Shown here: piece after piece, positions 14,917 through 21,987 of the stretch
Layout of the letters: each line of letters begins with the position of its first letter
Numbering within the stretch: position 1 is the first letter of the stretch
From: Candidatus Saganbacteria bacterium
Lineage (GTDB): Bacteria; Margulisbacteria; WOR-1; JAKLHX01
Assembly (NCBI GenBank): GCA_026387835.1
Contig: JAPLKZ010000010.1
Span: 296,379-328,378 of the forward strand
DNA: 32,000 bases
Direction of reading: 5' to 3'
The notes under the pieces: generated by a model
Database searches by the model: none
What the model was told of the DNA's origin: nothing
Seen by the model: only the letters and a program-made list of their open reading frames with translations
Position numbers and translations under genes: made by a program

Positions 14917-16344
14917 TTACGATTCCGAGATCACTTCATCTGCGCCTGCAGACGGTTTTGCCTCAAAAAATTCGGGCTCATAGATATCCGGATAACCTGC
15001 TTCTCGCTGTTTTTGCACATATGATCGTGCTATCTCTGCTTGCGTCTCCGGGGTCATATGTTCCGGAAGGGCGACTCCTGACAGGAATCCTCCCCCTCCT
15101 CCTCCCATCATCTTCCACGCAAATGAAAACGACTGCTTTTGGAATTCACGCGAACCTTTTATGGCTTCCGCAGTCGCCTGCCTTAAAAGATCAAGGTATA
15201 GCCTTTCCTGAACTTTCCCATCCGCATCTCTGACAAGGGTCGCACTCACCCGGAATTTACCGGTCATTGAAAGCTCATCTCCTTCTTCATTGATCGCTTC
15301 CAGGCATCCCATAATATTATTTGCACGAAGGTTCCGGATAAATCTCAAAACCCTTGCCCTTTCCTGCACGACATAGATCGCCCGCATAAGCATATCCGCC
15401 CTTGCGCGGGCATCATATTTTGAAGAACCTTCTCCCGCAGATTTTGCCGCCCTGTGCATTGCTGCATCAAAGTCTCTTCTTTTTGTCGCTGTCAGACTGA
15501 TGATCTGGTTTTCCGAGTAAGCCGAGACATGCAATCCCTTTCCCGCAGGGACTTTAAATATTGTGGGCAGAAGTCTTCCAAGCCGTTCAAGTTCCCCCCT
15601 GCGTTCCATATAATATGTTCCGCCGAGGCCTCTTGCCACGCCGCTGTTGATGAGGTAAAAACCGTAACCGGCATTTGTCAATGGCGACAGGTCGACTGTT
15701 GTTATCTTTGAAAGATCGCCGAAATTTATTAATATTGCCTTGTTCTTCCCGCTGAATAAAGATGCCATCTGGTCAAGCAGCCCGCATTTTACCCGTACAT
15801 ACGGAGAATGCTCTGCTGCCTGGGCCAGATGGGCGATCTCGGTTTTTGATTTGTTCCAGCCGAATACAGCGTTCAATGCGAGGTTCATCCCCACGCAAAG
15901 CGCGGCCGATGCTGAGGCTCCTTTCCCGATAAGGCCGGCGCTGTTACCACTGATCTGGATCCGCATACCTCCCAAGGGCAGTTTGTTTGAAAGAGCTGTG
16001 CTGAAAATACCGAGCATGTATTTGCCCCATGGATCTGACGGGTTTTTGGGAGCTTCCGGCGGATGTTCCAGGGCAAAAGAAAATTCCGGTTCTTTCATTG
16101 CCGGCGAATGGATCTCCACCTTGTTGGTGCCCGGCGTCGGCGCAACGGCAATAACCGTCCTGAACGGAAGGCCAAATGCTATCGTAAGATTTGTGCCGTC
16201 TCCTTCTATTACGGAATAATCAACATGGTCCCCTATCGGCACCGCCCTCAGGGGCGCGGAAAATATCCTTTGCGGGGGGGTCTTAAACCTTCCCGCGAAT
16301 GTACTCTGGATCTGCCTGAATTCAGCTTTCGGTATAATAAACAT
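14917..16344 (-). CDS. GHMP-family sugar kinase, galactokinase-like
   Basis: APLRAVPIGDHVDYS (cf. GalK signature GR.NLIGEH.DY), GKGASASAALCVG (GHMP motif II), RAIYVVQERARVLRF (cf. RARHVVTEN.RV) and MMGGGGGGF (motif III with an unusual Gly6 run). At 475 aa it is about 90 aa longer than typical GalK. Confidence 0.7.
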   Translation of the reverse strand: MFIIPKAEFRQIQSTFAGRFKTPPQRIFSAPLRAVPIGDHVDYSVIEGDGTNLTIAFGLPFRTVIAVAPTPGTNKVEIHSPAMKEPEFSFALEHPPEAPKNPSDPWGKYMLGIFSTALSNKLPLGGMRIQISGNSAGLIGKGASASAALCVGMNLALNAVFGWNKSKTEIAHLAQAAEHSPYVRVKCGLLDQMASLFSGKNKAILINFGDLSKITTVDLSPLTNAGYGFYLINSGVARGLGGTYYMERRGELERLGRLLPTIFKVPAGKGLHVSAYSENQIISLTATKRRDFDAAMHRAAKSAGEGSSKYDARARADMLMRAIYVVQERARVLRFIRNLRANNIMGCLEAINEEGDELSMTGKFRVSATLVRDADGKVQERLYLDLLRQATAEAIKGSREFQKQSFSFAWKMMGGGGGGFLSGVALPEHMTPETQAEIARSYVQKQREAGYPDIYEPEFFEAKPSAGADEVISES

Positions 16345-16394
16345 TTTGTGCCCTCAGATCTTATCTCGCAAATATACAAAACTATTACAACAAT

Positions 16395-16422
16395 CTATCG
16401 GATGATATTTTGGGAAATTTCA
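16395..16422 (-). promoter_or_regulatory. ECF-sigma-like promoter motif, copy B: TGAAAT-N16-CGATAG (upstream of GHMP kinase)
   Basis: Minus strand reads TGAAATttcccaaaatatcatcCGATAG, 50 nt upstream of ATG 16344. About 75 nt of surrounding sequence is homologous to copy A. Confidence 0.45.
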
Positions 16423-16485
16423 GTGAATTTTTAAATTCTTTTTTCTGGCAAGGTCGGCGGCAAAAGAAAAATATTTTTCTTTTTT

Positions 16486-17460
16486 TTATTGTCTGAATAC
16501 ATATCGGACGACCCCTCCCACCTTTACCTTTTCAGCATCTGTAAGCTGTGCTGTGCCGTCGGTGGTCAACGATGAGCATATCGCGAGAAGATCTAGCGCG
16601 TATTTAAGTCCCGCCACTATTTTTCTTCTTTGCCCTGTCAACGGTATCACCGCTTCGTCTATCCTCAGTTGAAATTTGTTCATGGCCTCCAATGTTGTTG
16701 CCTCGAACAGTCTGTTCGGAAAAGGAAAGACATTCCCCATGGATGCCACGGAAAAGGTCGCCCCTGCCTTTAGCGCTTCTACTATTCTCGTTTCATCTCC
16801 CTGTCCCACTTCCACGAACCTGCTGTAACTTTCTATCCTTTCAAGGTCGCCTGAACTGTCCTTGATAGCGGGGACAATATTTGCTATGGAAGCCATCGTT
16901 TCCGGCAAAACATTCTCCCCTCTTGTGATCCCGGGATTATTATAGAAAAACAAGAAAAGCCCGCTTCCTTTTATTGTTTCATTCAGCCTTTCGGCGTGCC
17001 TGGCAATATCTCTGTTATTCCTGATGTAATATATCGGGGCTGCGACTATCCCTTTAATGTTATTGTGCACATTTGTTTCGGCTTTCCCTGCCGCGGTCCT
17101 CAATCCCGCGACAAAAGCCGCGTTTTCCAGGGTCTCCTCCTCTGAATCACCCGTAACATTCACAAAGACATTCAGGCGGGTACCCGCGCATGCCGAAAAA
17201 CTTCTGATAGTTTCTCTTCTGACCCCGCTCGGAAGGAATCTGAACTCCCCTGTTTCTCCCATTACGAAGATTGATGTACCGCCGATCTCTGTCAAATGCC
17301 TGACCAGACGACCTATCCCTTTGACATCCGGCAATAATCTTCCATCCTCCCTTATTAGCGGTGTTACGACCGGTGTGATATTTTCCCTCGCAAAAAGCGT
17401 TTTTCCTCTATGAACGATTTTTGTTGCCGGCTTTAGCGGTAATGCGTGATTGATGTTCAC
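16486..17460 (-). CDS. DHDPS/N-acetylneuraminate-lyase-family class I (Schiff-base) aldolase
   Basis: VTPL...G......L..L...G...IFVMGETGEF (GTTGE-like), FFYNNPGITRG (YN.P motif) and VPAIKDSSGD (Schiff-base Lys position). GTG start, with AAGGAG 10 nt upstream. Confidence 0.7.
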   Translation of the reverse strand: MNINHALPLKPATKIVHRGKTLFARENITPVVTPLIREDGRLLPDVKGIGRLVRHLTEIGGTSIFVMGETGEFRFLPSGVRRETIRSFSACAGTRLNVFVNVTGDSEEETLENAAFVAGLRTAAGKAETNVHNNIKGIVAAPIYYIRNNRDIARHAERLNETIKGSGLFLFFYNNPGITRGENVLPETMASIANIVPAIKDSSGDLERIESYSRFVEVGQGDETRIVEALKAGATFSVASMGNVFPFPNRLFEATTLEAMNKFQLRIDEAVIPLTGQRRKIVAGLKYALDLLAICSSLTTDGTAQLTDAEKVKVGGVVRYVFRQ

Positions 17461-17499
17461 TGAATTATGGCTCCTTCTTATCAGAACTTTTACAAATAT

Positions 17500-17527
17500 C
17501 TATCGGCGGGTATTTTTTGAAATTTCA
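17500..17527 (-). promoter_or_regulatory. ECF-sigma-like promoter motif, copy A: TGAAAT-N16-CGATAG (upstream of aldolase)
   Basis: Minus strand reads TGAAATttcaaaaaatacccgcCGATAG, 39 nt upstream of GTG 17460. Confidence 0.45.
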
Positions 17528-17568
17528 GCGAATATCAGGGAGACACATAAAAAGGGAGGCTTGGGTCC

Positions 17569-17991
17569 CTATCCTATCTTTAGAAGCCAGACCCCTATCA
17601 CAGCGAGGATGACTCCGAGCAGCTTCAAAAGGCTGAAGGATTCTCCTAGAAGAAAGATGCCAAGTACAAATGTTATAAGAGGGTAACTGCCCGATATTGG
17701 GACGATCCTGGACATTTCTCCCCATTTAAGCGCGTGGTAAAAAAGTATCGTCGCCACAAAACTCGCCAGGAACCCGCCGGTCATGACAAGCAGGGCTGAC
17801 CTGAGGTCGACTGATCTTATTTCCGCCGGCTTTAAAAAGAAAAGTACAAGTATCACCAGACCGATCAAAACGCCGCAGCTCCGGTAAAAAAGCCCGACAA
17901 GGGGTTCTATCTTCCCGAGTCCTATCTTTTCAAGCAGGGGGACAAATCCCCAGATGACGGCCGCCATTATCGCTAACCAGAAAGAGCTCAT
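17569..17991 (-). CDS. small single-domain EamA/DMT-superfamily membrane protein
   Basis: Start taken at ATG 17991 (MSSFWLAIMAAVIWGFVPLLEK). 140 aa with 4-5 TM segments and an EamA-like end (YPLITFVLGIFLLGE....LLGVILAVIGVWLL). The upstream part of the track ORF overlaps the DUF1805 gene. Confidence 0.6.
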   Translation of the reverse strand: MSSFWLAIMAAVIWGFVPLLEKIGLGKIEPLVGLFYRSCGVLIGLVILVLFFLKPAEIRSVDLRSALLVMTGGFLASFVATILFYHALKWGEMSRIVPISGSYPLITFVLGIFLLGESFSLLKLLGVILAVIGVWLLKIG

Positions 17992-17995
17992 CTTA

Positions 17996-18292
17996 TTACA
18001 TTCTCTCCAGTGTTTCTTTCCCCGTAAATCCTTCTTTGATACCAAGCAAGACTGCCGGCGCGTTGACTGAGACCGCGCTTGCTTTGAGCAGATCATCTAA
18101 TGTATTAATAGAGCCTTCAGCGGCTTTAACTTTTACCGCGGGAAAACCGAACTTTTCAAATGTCGCAATATCTATTATCCCGCAGCCCACAATGCCTTTA
18201 TTCGTCTTTGCAAATACGAGCTTGACCGGGCCAAAGTCGATAATGTATCCGTCCGCGCTTTTTGATGCTAATTGAATTTTTTCGGTTTTCAT
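17996..18292 (-). CDS. DUF1805 (YunC-like) protein
   Basis: Start at ATG 18292, with GAGGA 8 nt upstream. KGIVGCGIIDIATFEKFGFPAVKVKAAEGSINTLDDLL.A.V.SVN..A..LGI..G.TG.E.L..M matches my recollection of the YunC family. Confidence 0.6.
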   Translation of the reverse strand: MKTEKIQLASKSADGYIIDFGPVKLVFAKTNKGIVGCGIIDIATFEKFGFPAVKVKAAEGSINTLDDLLKASAVSVNAPAVLLGIKEGFTGKETLERM

Positions 18293-18335
18293 TTTTAAAA
18301 TCCTCGCCCCGCCTTGGCCGGGACCGGCGGTGAGG

Positions 18336-19304
18336 TTATATCGCCAGGACCTTCGCCAGTTTATAAGAATCCATATCAATCTGTTTTTTCGCTTTTAATA
18401 CTTCTTTTATCGGGAATGAAGTGATCTTATTTTTGTTGGTCGCGACCATCCTGTTCATCTTTCCCTGCAGGATGAGATCGACCGCCTCTTCACCGAATTT
18501 ACACGCGAGGATCCTGCCGAACGCGTTCGGTGTTCCGCCCCTCTGTATATATCCGAGGATCGAAACTTTGACATCCAGGTCCGTTTCTTTCCTTATCTCG
18601 TCCGCGACTTTGTTCGGATCTCCGGCGCCTTCCGCCATGACAATAATACTGCTTGATTTGCCTCTTTTGTGTCCTGCCAGAATATTCTTTACGACACTGT
18701 CGATGCTCCACTTTACTTCGGGCACAAGGATGACTTCGGCCCCGCAGGAGAGCCCTACCTCGACCGCCAGGAACCCGTGCTCCCGGCCCATCACCTGTAC
18801 TATAAAGACCCTCTCGTGTGAAGACGCGGTGTCCCTGATCTTATCTACAGCTTCGACCGCCGTGTCTACCGCTGTCATATATCCGATCGTGAAATCGGTG
18901 AGCGGCAGATCGTTGTCGATCGTCGCCGGGACCACAACGCACGGAAAGCCAAAATCATCTTCAAGTTCTTTTGCTCCGTGAAGTGACCCGTCGCCGCCGA
19001 TTATGACCAGGACATCTATCCTGTTCTTTTTAAGGTTGGAAAAAGCTTTTTTTCTTGAACTCTTTTGCTTGAACTCCGGGGACCTGACAGTATGAAGGAT
19101 GGTCCCCCCCCTGTTGATTATTCCGCCAACCGATTTAACGTCAAGAGGGCAGATTTCCCCTTTTATCAGTCCCGCAAATCCTTTTTCGATGCCGACGACC
19201 TCAAGGCCGTTAAAGATCGCTGACCGGACAACCGCCCTTATCGCCGCGTTCATTCCTGGAGCATCGCCGCCTGTCGTAAGCACACCGATTCTTTTAATTT
19301 TCAT
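18336..19304 (-). CDS. pfkA: ATP-dependent 6-phosphofructokinase
   Basis: MKIKRIGVLTTGGDAPGMNAAIRAVVR, IGGDGS, PATIDNDL, MGR, GYIQRGG. The start is preferred at ATG 19304 (AAGGA 7 nt upstream) over 19322, which has no SD and directly follows a TATAAT. Confidence 0.9.
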   Translation of the reverse strand: MKIKRIGVLTTGGDAPGMNAAIRAVVRSAIFNGLEVVGIEKGFAGLIKGEICPLDVKSVGGIINRGGTILHTVRSPEFKQKSSRKKAFSNLKKNRIDVLVIIGGDGSLHGAKELEDDFGFPCVVVPATIDNDLPLTDFTIGYMTAVDTAVEAVDKIRDTASSHERVFIVQVMGREHGFLAVEVGLSCGAEVILVPEVKWSIDSVVKNILAGHKRGKSSSIIVMAEGAGDPNKVADEIRKETDLDVKVSILGYIQRGGTPNAFGRILACKFGEEAVDLILQGKMNRMVATNKNKITSFPIKEVLKAKKQIDMDSYKLAKVLAI

Positions 19305-19337
19305 GATTTTATCCTTTGGCATAATTATATCACTAAG

Positions 19338-20276
19338 CTAAAAAGGATTATTCTTGCTGAAATCCGGCAGATATGTTTCCGTCGACGACATTTCCTGTAT
19401 CAGATAGTTTTCCAGCTTCAAGCTCTGCGCGTGCCTTATCACATCCCAATATTCTTCCGGTGTTATCTTCCTGTTAAGCTCGGGATATTCTTTAGCTTTG
19501 TTCTGCGGGCTGTACTGCGACATTATGCTTATCCATATATCCTTTGATATGGAGGACAAAAAATCAAGAACTTCTTTTCCGCCTGAAATATTGTTTGGCA
19601 GGCCCAGGTGCCGCACCAAGAGGCCTTTTAGGGCGATATCTTCTCCATCCAAAACTAAATTGCCGGCCTGCCTGAACATTTCTTTTATCCCGGCCTTTGC
19701 GGTCTCGACATAATTCTCGGCGTTGGAATATTTTTTAGCTTTTTCATCATCAAAATATTTAAAGTCGGGCATATATATGTCGGCTATTCCGTCAAGTATC
19801 TTCAAAAGCTCTAAAGAATCATAACCGTTGGTATTATAGACGACCGGAATATCCAGGCCTTTTTCAAAAGCGATCTTCAAAGCCGCAAGTATCTGCGGCA
19901 TGAAATGGGTCGGCGAAACAAGATTGATATTATGGCAGCCTTTTTTCTGCAGAGACAGCATTATGTCCGCAAGTTCTTTTTCGCTGACTTTTTTCCCGAG
20001 GTGCTTCTGGCTTATTTCGTAGTTCTGGCAATAAGCACAAGAAAGGTTGCAATAAGTAAAGAATATCGTTCCCGAGCCTTTTGTCCCTGAAAAAACAGGC
20101 TCCTCTCCGAGATGCGCCGTATAAGATGAAATATATATATCTTTTCCTGCTCCACAGATGCCTAGCCCGCCTGACGTCCTGTCCGCCCCGCACCTGTGCC
20201 CGCATAAACAGCAGCGCTTTAAAAGTTCCTGCGCCTGTTTTATCCTCTCCTCTATGATTGTTGCTTTTGATGGCAT
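19338..20276 (-). CDS. radical SAM protein, PflX-like (putative glycyl-radical-enzyme activase family)
   Basis: CxxxCxxC cluster motif CNLSCAYCQN preceded by the Cys-rich CCLCGHRCGADR...GICG, as in the COG1313/PflX family. Confidence 0.7.
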   Translation of the reverse strand: MPSKATIIEERIKQAQELLKRCCLCGHRCGADRTSGGLGICGAGKDIYISSYTAHLGEEPVFSGTKGSGTIFFTYCNLSCAYCQNYEISQKHLGKKVSEKELADIMLSLQKKGCHNINLVSPTHFMPQILAALKIAFEKGLDIPVVYNTNGYDSLELLKILDGIADIYMPDFKYFDDEKAKKYSNAENYVETAKAGIKEMFRQAGNLVLDGEDIALKGLLVRHLGLPNNISGGKEVLDFLSSISKDIWISIMSQYSPQNKAKEYPELNRKITPEEYWDVIRHAQSLKLENYLIQEMSSTETYLPDFSKNNPF

Positions 20277-20310
20277 TGTTAGATATCATTATATCAACCC
20301 AAAAAGCTCT

Positions 20311-21930
20311 ATGAAAAGACAACAGCCTATAAAGATCGCCCTCTGCCAGATCAACCCGACCGTCGGGGACCTAAAAGGCAATGCACAAACAATAATTGGG
20401 AATATCAACAAATGTAAAGAACTCGGGATTGATATTGCCGTTTTCCCCGAGCTTGCTGTCACCGGCTATCCTCCCGAAGATCTTCTTTTAAAGGCGAATT
20501 TTGTCGGCGACAACATCGCCGCATTAAAAGGAATAATCAAAGATTGCAGGGGCATAGTCGCCGTTATTGGTTTTGTTAATAAAAAAAGCGGGAGGCTGTT
20601 CAACTCCGCTGCAGTAATAAAGGACGGAAGAATTATCGGTATCTATGACAAGATATGCCTTCCTAATTACGGCGTGTTCGACGAAAAAAGATATTTCTCG
20701 GCCGGGAACCGTATTGTGAAATTCAAGCATAAAAATCTTACTGTCGGTATCTGCATATGTGAGGACATCTGGGACGATGGCGGGCCCGCATTCAAGCTCT
20801 CAAAAGAAAAGGTGGATTTGATATTTGCAATAAATGCTTCCCCGTATTCCGTTGAAAAGTGGAAAGAAAGAGAAAAACGGGCAAAACGGCTGGTGAAAAA
20901 CAAAAGATCTGTTTTTGCTTATTTGAACCTTGTTGGCGGCCAGGATGAACTTGTTTTTGACGGCCACTCCTTTGTCATGGGGCCTCAGGGAAAGATCCTT
21001 GCCCGCGGTAAACAGTTCGAGGAAGATCTGATCGTTTTTGAACTTCCCTTAGCCCGCGAACCACACGCCACGAACCATGCACCACTTTCAAGGGCTGCCG
21101 AGATCTATCGCGCACTCTGCCTGGGCCTTAAAGACTACGTCAGGAAAAACGGCTTTAAGAAAGTCTTCCTCGGCCTTTCCGGCGGTATAGACTCGGCGCT
21201 GGTAGCAACCATAGCCGCTGATGCTCTCGGGAAAGATAATGTTGAGACGCTTTTTATGCCTTCACGGTACACTTCGGAGCAGAGCCTGGCTGATGCGATG
21301 CTTCTTGCGCAAAACCTCGGCATCGAATGTAAGGAGATCGGCATTCAGGGCATACTTGAAAAATATATCGGGGAACTGGACCACTATTTCAAGGGGATCC
21401 CTTCAAACGTCGCCGAAGAGAACCTTCAGGCGCGCATCAGGGGAAATCTTTTGATGGCTTTCTCGAACAAGTTCGGCTCCCTGGTCCTGGCGACCGGCAA
21501 CAAAAGTGAAGTCTCTACAGGCTACGCCACTTTATACGGGGATATGGCCGGAGGCCTTTCGGTAATTAAAGATGTCCCTAAAACCACTGTTTATGAGCTT
21601 GCGGATTATAGAAATTCGGTCTCGCCGGTCATACCGCGCACAATAATCGAAAGAGCGCCCACGGCGGAACTAAAGCCGGGCCAGAAAGACCAGGACACCC
21701 TGCCTGAGTATGATGTGCTGGATAAAATAATCGATCAATATGTCGAAAAGGATAAAGGCGCCGGCGATATAGCAAAAAAAGGGATTAGCAAAGAAGTCGT
21801 TGAAAGAACGGTCCGCATGATAGACATGAATGAATACAAAAGACGACAGTCCGCCCCCGGGATAAAGATCACTCCGAAAGCTTTCGGAAAAGACAGAAGG
21901 CTGCCCATAACAAACCGTTATCCCGGATAA
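20311..21930 (+). CDS. nadE: glutamine-dependent NAD+ synthetase
   Basis: N-terminal CN-hydrolase domain (IALCQINPTVGDL, FPELAVTGYPPEDL, GICICEDIW) plus a PP-loop synthetase domain (LGLSGGIDSALVA, ATGNKSE...GYATLYGD). Start taken at ATG 20311 (MKRQQPIK). The track extension overlaps the divergent radical-SAM gene. Confidence 0.9.
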   Translation: MKRQQPIKIALCQINPTVGDLKGNAQTIIGNINKCKELGIDIAVFPELAVTGYPPEDLLLKANFVGDNIAALKGIIKDCRGIVAVIGFVNKKSGRLFNSAAVIKDGRIIGIYDKICLPNYGVFDEKRYFSAGNRIVKFKHKNLTVGICICEDIWDDGGPAFKLSKEKVDLIFAINASPYSVEKWKEREKRAKRLVKNKRSVFAYLNLVGGQDELVFDGHSFVMGPQGKILARGKQFEEDLIVFELPLAREPHATNHAPLSRAAEIYRALCLGLKDYVRKNGFKKVFLGLSGGIDSALVATIAADALGKDNVETLFMPSRYTSEQSLADAMLLAQNLGIECKEIGIQGILEKYIGELDHYFKGIPSNVAEENLQARIRGNLLMAFSNKFGSLVLATGNKSEVSTGYATLYGDMAGGLSVIKDVPKTTVYELADYRNSVSPVIPRTIIERAPTAELKPGQKDQDTLPEYDVLDKIIDQYVEKDKGAGDIAKKGISKEVVERTVRMIDMNEYKRRQSAPGIKITPKAFGKDRRLPITNRYPG

Positions 21931-21948
21931 CATATCCGGATTTGTCTG

Positions 21949-21977
21949 TTTACATTCTTTATAAATGAATATATAAT
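21949..21977 (+). promoter_or_regulatory. sigma-70-type promoter TTTACA-N17-TATAAT for the acyl-ligase operon
   Basis: tttaca at 21949-21954 and tataat at 21972-21977 with a 17-nt spacer. ATG 21988 lies only 10 nt after the -10 element and has no SD, so the mRNA would be near-leaderless. Confidence 0.5.
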
Positions 21978-21987
21978 TTCTAAAACA

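Noticed and set aside
11976-17527. Reading the TGAAATTTCA core as a palindromic operator, or the motif as a sigma-54 promoter
   Set aside because: Only copy A is a perfect palindrome; the others read TGAAATTTCC or TGAAATTTGG. Conservation instead falls on two blocks with fixed 16-nt spacing, and there is no GG-N10-GC sigma-54 signature. A two-box promoter is the better fit, though a regulator site cannot be fully excluded.
18421-18981. 186-aa plus-strand ORF
   Set aside because: Antisense to pfkA, Ser/Thr/Pro-rich and without motifs. A shadow ORF.
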